From positions 1 to 25,420 of the forward strand of contig JAVVGN010000019.1 of assembly GCA_032249095.1 (NCBI GenBank): a stretch of DNA of 25,420 nt, in the 5' to 3' direction. The notes under the pieces are model-generated. The model ran no database searches, was not told where the DNA came from, and worked only from the letters and a program-made list of their open reading frames with translations. How positions within the stretch are numbered: the first letter of the stretch is position 1; every line of letters starts with the position of its first letter. Position numbers and translations under genes: made by a program. This document shows, piece by piece, positions 1 through 8,440 of the stretch. The DNA comes from Candidatus Caldarchaeales archaeon. GTDB taxonomy: Archaea > Thermoproteota > Nitrososphaeria_A > Caldarchaeales > Calditenuaceae.

Positions 1-65
1 ATACAAGACACATCAACCGGCCTTTAAATATAACGCCTTATTTGGACACTATCTGATGGTTAGTG

Positions 66-800
66 TCAGTGTCTCGAGTGCATGTCTAGCCTTTGTTTTG
101 TGTAGTGGGTCCCCCTATCCCTGTCCCATAGGCCGAAATAGTTCCTGACCCTACGCCAAGACGACCACTCCGCATAGGTAAAGACCTCCACAAGAGCCTC
201 CAAGGCCGAAGATCTACCACCTACCCCCAACACCTCAACGAGTCCATTGTAGGCCAGATACCTCCTACCAGCCTCCCCAGCAATCATCCTAGCCATCTCC
301 TCCATCTGCTTCTCCATGGAGGAGATTGCTGGCTTCAGAACCTCCTTCTCAGCCTCAGACAAAGCCCTGTATTTATTTAGTAGTTGCTGATGGGTCTTTG
401 TAAGAGACCTGTGGGCCAGAATCATCCTCCTCAAGACTAGGAAGTCTTCGGTAACCCTCCTAAACCACCTCTCCTCAATACTCATCAATGCCCTTATGTC
501 TCCCCTAGCGCTCTTCGGCAGCCTGAGTTCTCCGCGTACCTTATTGAGCAGTGTAAGCCTTCTGAGATAATAGACCTCTACCCCCTCCTTAGTAGTTCTA
601 TAGCACCATCCGTATGCTGGACGGGTAATGTGTCTATGAATAGCTTGTCTCCGGGCCCAGCCGGAACCTAGCCGAAGCCGTCGGTGTGTTTGAAAGCTGT
701 TCCGTCAGTCGTATATGTTATCCTGTATCTCTCCTTATTCTTCTTAGTCTTATGGACATCGGCATAGAACTTCAATATCCCTGCACCCCCTTATTCTGTG
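66..800 (-). pseudogene. IS110-family-like transposase remnant; only the C-terminal 140-aa ORF (66..488) is intact and upstream parts are broken across frames
   Basis: ORF 66..488 contains LVEVLGVGGRSSALEALVEVF....NYFGLW. This resembles the IS110/IS116/IS902 C-terminal domain pattern (IPGIG...A..L.AEIGD...F.....L..Y.GL.P). My minus-strand translation of 489..800 gives short pieces in other frames: EVYYLRRLTLLNKVRGEL continues into the ORF, and KFYADVHKTKKN..YTTDGT resembles the N-terminal GIDVhK motif. Stops separate the pieces. Total length is well short of a full transposase. Confidence 0.45.
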
Positions 801-1166
801 TCTTTACTCGTATTGCCTAGCTATCAACTGGAATCTCTCCACCATCCCCCTCCATCCCCATCACCCGTTCGGGTAAGACCCTCCACCGGCCCCACATATA
901 AAGAGTGGTGGCCCCAACACACGGCAACGTACCAATACAGCTAGACCTATGGGAAAACGAGGTAATATTTAGGGGAAAAGGACAAACAACACTATACGGA
1001 TATCCTAAACCAGAAACATAGAATTCATATTAGCTCTTAACCCATTTATGTCCCCATTTATAATAAGTTTCTATCGTGGTCGGGATAGTGTATATATCTG
1101 TCTTTGCCGCACCGTATCCTGACAAGCTGCAAAGCAGAAGGGCCGAGAGTGTGCGTGCTGTCACAC

Positions 1167-1175
1167 TTTTATTTA
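1167..1175 (+). promoter_or_regulatory. TATA-box-like element upstream of the Sm-like gene
   Basis: TTTTATTTA is centred about 31 nt upstream of the TTG start at 1202. The same spacing recurs at other genes in the window. Confidence 0.35.
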
Positions 1176-1201
1176 GGGAGCCGATGCGATATTAGCGGAC
1201 T

Positions 1202-1444
1202 TTGAGCACGCAGCAGCCGGTCAGACCGCTCAGTGTAATTAAGAGCAACTTCGCCAAGACGGTGAAGGTTAGGCTGAAGAACGACATAGTGTATGTTGGG
1301 ACGCTGGTGGAGGCTGACAACTACATGAACCTCGTGATAAACAGGGGTGTGGAGTACTTCAACGAGGTAAAGAGGGCGAGCTACCCATACATCTTGGTTA
1401 GGGGCAATAACATCCTTTACATCCAGCTGGACTACTCCGAGTAA
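1202..1444 (+). CDS. Sm-like (LSm/SmAP) RNA-binding protein
   Basis: 80 aa. The Sm1/Sm2-like pattern is KTVKVRLKNDIVYVGTLVEADNYMNLVI ... YILVRGNNILYI. The start is a TTG; the in-frame ATG at 1184 runs into a stop at 1193. Confidence 0.8.
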   Translation: MSTQQPVRPLSVIKSNFAKTVKVRLKNDIVYVGTLVEADNYMNLVINRGVEYFNEVKRASYPYILVRGNNILYIQLDYSE

Positions 1445-1465
1445 ACCGTTGCATGGGTAGATTCG

Positions 1466-1474
1466 TTTTAAATA
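1466..1474 (+). promoter_or_regulatory. TATA-box-like element upstream of the SAM synthetase gene
   Basis: TTTTAAATA is centred about 28 nt upstream of the ATG at 1498. Confidence 0.4.
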
Positions 1475-1497
1475 CAGGCGCATCACTGCGGTAATTG

Positions 1498-2724
1498 ATG
1501 CGCATCGTCTTCGAGAGGCTTAAGGCGACGCCTGTGGGGAGACAGTACGTCGAGCTCGTCGAGAGGAAGGGGCTCGGCCACCCCGACTACATCATCGACT
1601 CCGTATGCGAGTCCGCCAGCATCGCTCTCTCGAGATACTATCTTGAGCACTTCAACAGGCTATACCACTACAACCTCGACAAGGGGCTCCTAGTTGGCGG
1701 TAGGGCCACAGCGAGGCTGGGTGGCGGCTCCCTCGATGAGCCTATCCAAATAATAATAGCTGGGCGGGCTACCAAAACAGTCAGGACGCCGACAGGGGTG
1801 CACGAGGTCCCTGTCGAGAGGCTTGTCAGCGAGTCTGTCAAGAACTTCATTCAGAATAACTTCCGCTTCCTCGACCCGGAGAAACACATAGTTACCGAGT
1901 GCAGGATCAGGGCCGGGAGCCCAGACCTGGTAGCGATAGTCGACAACCTCTCTCAAGGCGTGCCACTCTCAAACGACACCTCATTTGGCGTGGGATACGC
2001 GCCCTTCACGACACTTGAGCAGATAGTATATGCTGTCGAGCGAGAGGTGAACAGCCGCTCGTTTAAGCAGAGTGTCCCTGAGAGCGGTGAGGACTGCAAG
2101 GTCATGGGTGTTAGGAGGGGGAACAAGATTCACCTAACAGTCGCGGACGGCATAGTCGCCCATTTGACGCCCGATCTCGACCACTATATTTCGGTGAGGG
2201 AGGAGATTAGGGATAGGATCTACGATCTGGCGGTGAAGTTGTCTGATAACATGGAGGTGCGTGTCGACCTGAACACCGGCGACATAATAAGGCAGGGAGA
2301 CCTGGAGAGAAGCAGCATCTACCTCACGGTTACAGGAACATCCGCCGAGCACGGCGACGACGGAAACACCGGGAGGGGTAACAGGGCCTCTGGCCTAATA
2401 ACGCCTTGCCGCCAGATGTCCCTAGAGGCCACCGCTGGTAAGAATCCCAACTCACACGTCGGGAAGATATACAACGTTGCCTCCTTCAGGATCGCCGACA
2501 AGATCTATAGAGAGTGCGGAGTCTTCGAGGAAGTCTATGTCAGGCTGCTCTCCCAGATCGGCCGGAGGATAGATAGACCGCTCATCAGCTCGATCCAATA
2601 CATCTCTAGGGAGAGGATTAGCTCGGGTGTTAAGTATGAGGTTAAGGAGATACTACAGTCGGAGCTCGCGAACCTTCCGAGACTGACTGAAAGCCTCATA
2701 AAGGGGGAGTGTAGGCTCTTCTAG
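1498..2724 (+). CDS. Archaeal-type S-adenosylmethionine synthetase (methionine adenosyltransferase)
   Basis: About 408 aa. The N-terminal VELVERKGLGHPDYIIDSV is characteristic of archaeal MAT, and the length fits the family. The ORF track starts at TTG 1495; the adjacent ATG at 1498 is more likely. Confidence 0.85.
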   Translation: MRIVFERLKATPVGRQYVELVERKGLGHPDYIIDSVCESASIALSRYYLEHFNRLYHYNLDKGLLVGGRATARLGGGSLDEPIQIIIAGRATKTVRTPTGVHEVPVERLVSESVKNFIQNNFRFLDPEKHIVTECRIRAGSPDLVAIVDNLSQGVPLSNDTSFGVGYAPFTTLEQIVYAVEREVNSRSFKQSVPESGEDCKVMGVRRGNKIHLTVADGIVAHLTPDLDHYISVREEIRDRIYDLAVKLSDNMEVRVDLNTGDIIRQGDLERSSIYLTVTGTSAEHGDDGNTGRGNRASGLITPCRQMSLEATAGKNPNSHVGKIYNVASFRIADKIYRECGVFEEVYVRLLSQIGRRIDRPLISSIQYISRERISSGVKYEVKEILQSELANLPRLTESLIKGECRLF

Positions 2725-3470
2725 CCAGAGCTCCCCAGAAACCTGTCCAGCCCCCTCGCTCTTCTAAGAATTTCGTGGGCGCTCCTGGGTGAGAACCTCC
2801 TGAACTCTATTCCGAGCCTAGCTGAGAGGCTGGAGGCGGAGGGGCTGATTGAGGGGGCCACGAGGATGCTCCTCGGCCTAGTGCCGAGCTCCCCCGCTAT
2901 CTGCTCCGTGTAACGTGCGAGCTGCATTACATCATCCTTGCTCGCCCGGCCGCGTTTTATCTCGACTACCACCAGCCTCCCCTGAGAGTCAACACCGAGT
3001 ATGTCTATCGCGCCGTCCCTCACCCTCCTCTCGCTCTCCACCACCCTGAATCCTTCCTCGATTATGCTGGGCTCCTCCATTATCGCGAGCTTCATGTCTT
3101 CTTCGCGCGCATGCAGCTTGAACTCGGCGTCGTCCACCAGCCTGTAGGCATAGAGACCAATCACTCTGTAGACGACTATCTTCAGGCGCTCGGGGGGCGT
3201 TGTGCGGCCGCAGGCGACGACGAGTCTGTCTTCCTCTGCCCAAGCCTCGATGTGGCTGCCTGGAGGCTGCCAGTTTACCGGCTCGTACCCCCTTGGCCTG
3301 TGGACTAGGACGCTCCTATCCGACTTAATCATCAGCATCCTCTCACCCCTCCCCAGCCAGCTCATGGACCGCCCCTCGTAGTACACCTCCATCTCCCCGA
3401 CAAGAACGACAAGCTTCCCCGCGCCTACCGCCTCCCTAAGCCGCTCAAGCGCCTCGCCCAGCTCCATCAA
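2721..3470 (-). CDS. nucS: Endonuclease NucS (EndoMS), mismatch/branched-DNA endonuclease
   Basis: 249 aa. N-terminal domain: YYEGRSMSWLGRGERMLMIKSDRSVLVHRPRGYEPVNWQPPG. C-terminal RecB-like nuclease motif: IDILGVDSQGRLVVVEIKRGRA...QLARY. Confidence 0.85.
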   Translation of the reverse strand: MMELGEALERLREAVGAGKLVVLVGEMEVYYEGRSMSWLGRGERMLMIKSDRSVLVHRPRGYEPVNWQPPGSHIEAWAEEDRLVVACGRTTPPERLKIVVYRVIGLYAYRLVDDAEFKLHAREEDMKLAIMEEPSIIEEGFRVVESERRVRDGAIDILGVDSQGRLVVVEIKRGRASKDDVMQLARYTEQIAGELGTRPRSILVAPSISPSASSLSARLGIEFRRFSPRSAHEILRRARGLDRFLGSSG

Positions 3471-3476
3471 ACCACC

Positions 3477-5054
3477 CTAGCTGAGCCTCTTCGCCATGTA
3501 AGGCCCGAGCCTTGAGTATCCCCTCTTTGCATAGTACTCCTTGACACCCAGCCCACTTATCACGACGAGGTTTGTGTAGCCCTCTCCCCGCGCGGTCTCC
3601 TCCGCCTTCGCGAGGAGGCGCGAGCCGATCCGCCGGTGCTGCCAGCTCCCAGCAACCCTCCGACCGACTGGAGCCATCTCGCCGTAGACGTGAAGCTCCC
3701 TCACTAGCGCCGCGTCGCGGAGGATGTCGTTGGCAGGCTCGTCGGGCAGGCGCAGCCTCAGGAGGCCGGCGAGCGTAGCGCCGTCCTCTGTCTCGTATGT
3801 GAGGAAGACCTCCCTGCCGCCGAGTGTCTCGTAGCGTAGCTCCCTGATATCCATGCTGGATTCATCGACACGCCCGGCTCTCCCAACCTCCCTGCACCTC
3901 ACGCAGAGACACCTGAGTCCGCGCCTCCTTAACTCTCCCTCCACTATCTCCCTAAGATTGCCGGGGTACCGGCCGTCCGCCGCCGCGTCGCTGGGAATCT
4001 CCCTCCTGATTCTGTGGATCCTCACGTACGGAGGGGTGATGGAGAGCATCTCGACCAGCAGGTCGACCAGCTGGTCCGTAGGGTAGGGACTGTATTCCCC
4101 CCGCCTCCATAGCTCGTAGAGGGGTGTTCCGGGAATCACCATCGTGGGGTAGATCTTGAGGGCGTCGGGCCTGAATCGCGGGTCGCTGAACATCATCCTG
4201 TACATTTCTAGGTCCTTCTTGGGCGAGGAGCCCGGAAGCCCCGGCATGAAGTGGTAGCCAACCTTAAAGGCTCTATCCCTGAGTCTGCGGGTGGCATGCA
4301 CCACATCCATCACCGTGTGGCCCCTCGCTATCCTTCTGTAGATCTCGTCGTCAAGCGCCTGGACCCCCAGCTCAACCCTCGTTACGCCGAGTCTCACAAG
4401 CTCGTCGAGCCTTTCGGCGCTGCACCAATCTGGCCTTGTCTCAACCATCATCCCCACGACCCTCGGGTAGGCGTGCTCGGCGCGTGCAACCGCCTCCCAG
4501 ACACTCTCGCTACTGGCGTTGTGGAGACCGTCTAGGGCATCCTTCACGAACCTTCTCTGCGTCTCAAGATCGCTAGAGGTGTAGGTCCCTCCGATGAATA
4601 TCAGCTCGACCTTGTCGACGTTGTGGCCCATCCGCTTGAGCCGCTCGACATACGCCCTGACCTGAGTCTTCACGTCGTATCCGACCTGCCTCGCGAATGA
4701 CACGACTGGCTCCCTGCCGGTGTAGCTCTGGGGGAAGCCCGTCGACCCCCCTCCGGGACAGTAGACGCATCTGCCGTGGGGGCACTCGAAGAGGGGTACG
4801 GCGACGGTAATTATGGTGACTCCCGACCTCGTCCTCACGGGCTTTCTCCTGAACCTTGAAATAACCTCCGCCGGAGCCCCCATCCTCCTCAGCTCGTCGA
4901 TTATGGAGGTGTTCGTGGGGATCTCCTTGATGCCAAGTCTAATGGCGGCTAGCTTCTTCGCTAGGTTTGGGTCGGCTAGGGCGGTGGAGCTGAGTATGAG
5001 TCGCGCTATCTGTCGCGTGGCGTTATCGCTTGAGTGGGTTGCCGAATCTGCCAT
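3477..5054 (-). CDS. elp3: Elp3-like tRNA-modification radical SAM / GNAT acetyltransferase
   Basis: 525 aa. It has a radical-SAM Cys cluster region (CPHGRCVYCPGG) and a C-terminal GNAT signature (WQHRRIGSRLLAKAEETARGEGY). The size is typical of archaeal Elp3. Confidence 0.85.
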   Translation of the reverse strand: MADSATHSSDNATRQIARLILSSTALADPNLAKKLAAIRLGIKEIPTNTSIIDELRRMGAPAEVISRFRRKPVRTRSGVTIITVAVPLFECPHGRCVYCPGGGSTGFPQSYTGREPVVSFARQVGYDVKTQVRAYVERLKRMGHNVDKVELIFIGGTYTSSDLETQRRFVKDALDGLHNASSESVWEAVARAEHAYPRVVGMMVETRPDWCSAERLDELVRLGVTRVELGVQALDDEIYRRIARGHTVMDVVHATRRLRDRAFKVGYHFMPGLPGSSPKKDLEMYRMMFSDPRFRPDALKIYPTMVIPGTPLYELWRRGEYSPYPTDQLVDLLVEMLSITPPYVRIHRIRREIPSDAAADGRYPGNLREIVEGELRRRGLRCLCVRCREVGRAGRVDESSMDIRELRYETLGGREVFLTYETEDGATLAGLLRLRLPDEPANDILRDAALVRELHVYGEMAPVGRRVAGSWQHRRIGSRLLAKAEETARGEGYTNLVVISGLGVKEYYAKRGYSRLGPYMAKRLS

Positions 5055-5547
5055 GGTATGCTACCTGCTCTAGAGGCAGCCTGTTCTTTCTCCCTAAAAT
5101 CCTTCTCGGTGGATAGCCGAAGCCCACGAAGCCAGATATAGCGTAGTCGGGTGGTATGCCGAGCCACTCCCTCAGCGCCCCCTCGTTATAGCCCGTGCAT
5201 ATGCAGGAGACTATCCCCCGACTCCACGCCTCCAGCATCATGTTGGTTATTGCCCTGCCCGCGTCGAGGAGGTGCCAGGGATATCGCGGGTTTGTCAGCA
5301 CCACGACCGCGAAGGCCGCGTCCCTGACCCACTTCCCGGTCGTGCTGAGTTCCGCCAGCCTACTCAACCCCGCCTTGTCGTCGATAAGTATGAATCTCCA
5401 GTGCTGCGTATTCATTCCAGTACCCGCCATCCTACCCGCGTCTAGGACAGCGAGCTTGTCCTCCCAGGCAACAGGCCTGTCCGAGAACGACCTGTAGTCC
5501 AGCTTAGTCCTGATGACATCTGTAACCGAGCTCAACAAAAGTAACAA
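5023..5547 (-). CDS. Nitroreductase family protein
   Basis: 174 aa. The pattern ...RSFSDRPV...AGRMAGTGMNTQHWRFILIDD... is typical of NADH/FMN nitroreductases. The start is one of three TTG codons (5547/5538/5535), and a TATA-like ATAATATA lies at 5559..5566. It overlaps the elp3 start by 32 nt. Confidence 0.7.
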   Translation of the reverse strand: MLLLLSSVTDVIRTKLDYRSFSDRPVAWEDKLAVLDAGRMAGTGMNTQHWRFILIDDKAGLSRLAELSTTGKWVRDAAFAVVVLTNPRYPWHLLDAGRAITNMMLEAWSRGIVSCICTGYNEGALREWLGIPPDYAISGFVGFGYPPRRILGRKNRLPLEQVAYHGRFGNPLKR

Positions 5548-5576
5548 CGCGCCCCCTCATAATATACTTGCCCGTC

Positions 5577-5585
5577 CTATCTTAC
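5577..5585. repeat. Target-site duplication, left copy (CTATCTTAC)
   Basis: An exact 9-bp copy is also present at 6281..6289. Both copies directly abut the IS terminal inverted repeats. Confidence 0.75.
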
Positions 5586-6280
5586 GGTACTGTCAAGTTG
5601 GTATTACCTCCTCTAATCCTGGTCTGATGATGTTGTGCATTGCTGCAATTGCGGTTGCCAACTCTTCTAGGCTCTTCAACGTCTTCGCGTTTATGTCGTT
5701 GTAGAACATCTTGGTCCTATTCTTCATTTCTCTGAACCACCTCTCTATCCTGCTCCTTTTACCGAAGGTCTCGTGGATGTAGGTTATTCCAAGCCTATCC
5801 GATTGTCCATCTATACCACGGCCCTCTATCCACAACTATGACTGGCTTACATTCACATGAGTCCAATACCCTCCTTAGGAACTTGATTGCGCTTGGAATA
5901 CCCCTCGACGCGTATACAGCCAATACCTCGTCGGTATCAACGTCTATTTCGGCCCAAAGATAACAGGTCTGACCACCCACCTTCAGGACAGCCTCATCTA
6001 CAGCAACAAGCCTCCTCACCCTCCTGAACGGCCTGAAGAGGGAAGAGAACCTGTGAACCCACATCCTGACCGATTCCCTAGACGTGCCGGTTAGACATAG
6101 CCTCTCTGAGAGATCCCTCAAGCTAAGGCCCGCTATGAAGAGAAAGACGGAACAGAGCTTCTCGACGGGAGAGTACCTGTGGGATCGAAAGAGATTGGAG
6201 AAAGAGTCCAGTACCACATCAATGACGTGCATCATGGCCAGAGATTATCCTAAAAGGCTTAAGTAAAACTTGTCAGTACC
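5586..6280 (-). mobile_element. IS6-family-like insertion sequence (695 bp)
   Basis: The terminal inverted repeats are GGTACTGTCAAGTT (5586..5599) and AACTTGTCAGTACC (6267..6280), matching 13/14 and extending imperfectly to about 24 bp. They begin GG.ACTGT like IS26-type ends (from memory). The element is flanked by an exact 9-bp direct repeat and encodes a DDE transposase of IS6 type. Its size fits the family. Confidence 0.75.
5593..6235 (-). pseudogene. IS6-type DDE transposase split by one frameshift (ORFs 5795..6235 and 5593..5835)
   Basis: ORF A has VAVDEAVLKVGGQTCYLWAEIDVDTDEVL...KPVIVVDRGPWY (D, D). ORF B, offset by one nucleotide, has LGITYIHETFGKRSRIERWFREMKNRTK (E...K.R). Together they make about 214 aa, matching the IS6 layout. 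The frames overlap at 5795..5835, and the stop codon lies inside the left IR. Confidence 0.7.
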
Positions 6281-6289
6281 CTATCTTAC
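6281..6289. repeat. Target-site duplication, right copy (CTATCTTAC)
   Basis: Exact copy of 5577..5585, immediately outside the right IR. Confidence 0.75.
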
Positions 6290-6567
6290 CAGATGGCAGT
6301 CACATTTTTTCTTAGTCCTATTTTCAATAAATTAACCGGCTGTCCGCAGAGCGTTTTAGGGGCAGGGATGGGGAGAAACCTTTGCCGGCAGCGCAAGCTG
6401 GCGCCCGGAGCGTATAGTCCCCGCGGGAACTTTCTGCGTCAGATGCGACATACGAGGACCCACCCCACCGCGGATAGACGCTATGGCATATCATTATCAT
6501 AATAATCTACACTATTATGCAGAATGATTACTAGAGACGTTACATGAGCATTTAGAGTCTGGGCTCT

Positions 6568-7392
6568 TTAGGAGGGGTTGTGGGGAACTGGATGGCCGCG
6601 TGCCCACCAGTACGATAGTAATACTATCTCATATATCGTTTCAACCTCCTCCTCGTTCCGAGGCGCATACACCATGAGGTAGTTGTCTGCTACTAATTTT
6701 CCCGCGAGAGGGTGTGGCTCACCCCAGCCCTTAACCGTCACCTCAGCGGCCCAAGGCTCGGGAAGGCTTAGGTGCAGGCTTGAATCGTATGGGGGGTGTA
6801 GGTGTGCGAACTCAGTCGAGTTAAAGATAAAGGCGGTGGGGGGTCCCAGTGCGAGCGATGGTTCTAAGACCAAGGCCCGCGCTCGCGGGACCGACACTAT
6901 GCTCACGTCATCCCTTACTCCAGGCAGGCTGAAGATTCTATCCGCCAACGTTTTGTAAACGTGTGCTGGTGGGTTTTGCGTCAACTGCTGATGAGGCATG
7001 CAGCGTCTTGTCAAAGGCCTCTCCCCCTTTCTCTGTGGCAGCCCCAGAAGAGGTGTCCAAAGACTCGGGAAGTGGGCGATGGTTTTCCAGCCTTCCGCGG
7101 GGTTTACAGACACAACCTCCTCTATGTAAAAATACTGGTCGAGGACAGCTTTCCTCTCCATGGCCAGGGGAGGGCTGCAGTAGTCCTCCTCAATCCACAC
7201 AGCCGACCCCGAAGACGGGTCATACCTCGCGTTACGGAGCGAGTGGTCTAAAGCTCTACCGAATGGCTGCATTGAAACAACTTCTCCTTGGTCGATAACG
7301 CGTCTCAACTGCTTGAGCGCCCCCCACACGTATTTAGCGCGCACTAGATAATGCGCCACATTGCACATTATCTGTTTTGCAGATATAAACAT
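6568..7392 (-). CDS. Hypothetical protein with a C-terminal luciferase-like domain (bacterial 'luciferase family protein' type); N-terminal half unassigned
   Basis: 274 aa. The C-terminal segment is SLPGV...VSVPRARALVLEP...GPPTAFIFNSTEFAHLHPPYDSSLHLSLPEPWAAEVTVKGWGEPHPLAG...LMVYAPRNEEEVE. I recognise it as the EFAHxHP..DGSLHL.LP...GW.E.HP family. The start is uncertain (M1 at 7392 or M9 at 7368). Confidence 0.55.
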   Translation of the reverse strand: MFISAKQIMCNVAHYLVRAKYVWGALKQLRRVIDQGEVVSMQPFGRALDHSLRNARYDPSSGSAVWIEEDYCSPPLAMERKAVLDQYFYIEEVVSVNPAEGWKTIAHFPSLWTPLLGLPQRKGERPLTRRCMPHQQLTQNPPAHVYKTLADRIFSLPGVRDDVSIVSVPRARALVLEPSLALGPPTAFIFNSTEFAHLHPPYDSSLHLSLPEPWAAEVTVKGWGEPHPLAGKLVADNYLMVYAPRNEEEVETIYEIVLLSYWWARGHPVPHNPS

Positions 7393-7434
7393 TAGGTGAC
7401 GGCGATGTAACTTGGTGGCGCGGTAGCCTCAAAT

Positions 7435-8394
7435 ATGTTATATCCCACGAACCACTACTCAACCTTGCTAAGCAACATGGTGCCGTTGTCAGGGTTCGTG
7501 CTAAGTCCTCATACGGCGATAGAGTGGGTGACCCTCTCAGTCTCTAGTCTCGAAGACTCGATCAAATTCTATAAGGATGTGTTGGGGCTGCGGCACCTCT
7601 TTGATACGGGTGATAAAGCAGTTCTCGGAACAAGGTCGGGGACGCCTCTCGTAGTCTTGGTTAGAAAACCTGGGGCACTCCCGAAGCCGGATAACCGTCG
7701 CGGGCTCTACCACTTTGCACTGCTTATGCCAAGCCGTAAAGACCTGGCGAGGATGATGGTGAGGCTGGCGAAGCTCTGGGAAATCGACGGCGCGTCAGAC
7801 CATTTAGTGAGTGAGGCCATATATCTCAGGGACCCGGATGGGCACGGGATAGAGATTTACGCCGACAGGCCCCGCCTCTCTTGGCGGCTGCTCGATGGTC
7901 AAAGAGTCTACATGGCCACCTTACCCCTAAATATAGACTCACTTCTCTCAGAACTTGGTTCCGAGGAAGAGAAAGAAGCTGTTAGTGGGGGATGGGAGAT
8001 GCCTGCGGAGGCTAAGATAGGCCACATACATCTACATGTCTCGAGGCTTGGGAGGGCCTTAAAATTCTACCACGATCTGGTCGGGTTCGACATTATGCTC
8101 AGGTACGGCGACTCGGCCCTTTTTATGTCGGCAGGCGGCTACCACCATCATATCGGGGTAAACACGTGGGCTGGGATTGACGCACCTCCACCCTCTCCAC
8201 AACACGTATCGCTGGAAAGCTTCGCCATAAATCTACACACGTCGGAGATCCTCCTCTCGTTAAAGAGGAGGCTCGAAGAATACGGGTTGAAGGTTTCCGA
8301 AGGACTCTTTAACGATTTTAAAGGCTACGCAGGGTTCACGGTCGAGGACCTCGATGGGATCAGGGTCGAGTTCTTGGTCAGTCGGCCGGATTGA
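7435..8394 (+). CDS. Two-domain VOC (glyoxalase/bleomycin resistance/extradiol dioxygenase) family protein
   Basis: 319 aa. It has two repeats of the VOC fold, with HFALLMPSRKDL...SEAIYLRDPDGHGIEIYADRP and IGHIHLHV...FYHDLVGF...HHHIGVNTW. The true start may be the internal ATG at 7477 (MVPLSG...), which is better spaced from the TATA-like sequence at about 7429..7444. Confidence 0.8.
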   Translation: MLYPTNHYSTLLSNMVPLSGFVLSPHTAIEWVTLSVSSLEDSIKFYKDVLGLRHLFDTGDKAVLGTRSGTPLVVLVRKPGALPKPDNRRGLYHFALLMPSRKDLARMMVRLAKLWEIDGASDHLVSEAIYLRDPDGHGIEIYADRPRLSWRLLDGQRVYMATLPLNIDSLLSELGSEEEKEAVSGGWEMPAEAKIGHIHLHVSRLGRALKFYHDLVGFDIMLRYGDSALFMSAGGYHHHIGVNTWAGIDAPPPSPQHVSLESFAINLHTSEILLSLKRRLEEYGLKVSEGLFNDFKGYAGFTVEDLDGIRVEFLVSRPD

Positions 8395-8440
8395 TCGCTG
8401 AGCCGGGCAGGCAAGCCTTTTGGGGTATTGATGTGGTTCT

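Noticed and set aside
800-1166. About 370 bp of lower-GC unassigned sequence between the IS110-like remnant and the Sm-like gene. I considered a structured ncRNA (SRP RNA or RNase P RNA).
   Set aside because: The sequence is AT-rich with only trivial hairpins, which is unlike the GC-rich helices expected of structured RNAs in a thermophile-like genome. More likely it is IS debris plus the promoter region.
6293-6502. A 69-aa ORF and a GC-rich patch with small hairpins (for example CAGC-GCAA-GCTG at 6389..6400 and the CCCGCGGG palindrome) between the IS6-like element and the 274-aa gene. I considered a possible small RNA or gene.
   Set aside because: The ORF is Arg/Gly-rich with no motif or promoter spacing. 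The hairpins are short (4-bp stems) and not beyond chance. I could not fold it into any known RNA family by eye, so it remains unassigned.
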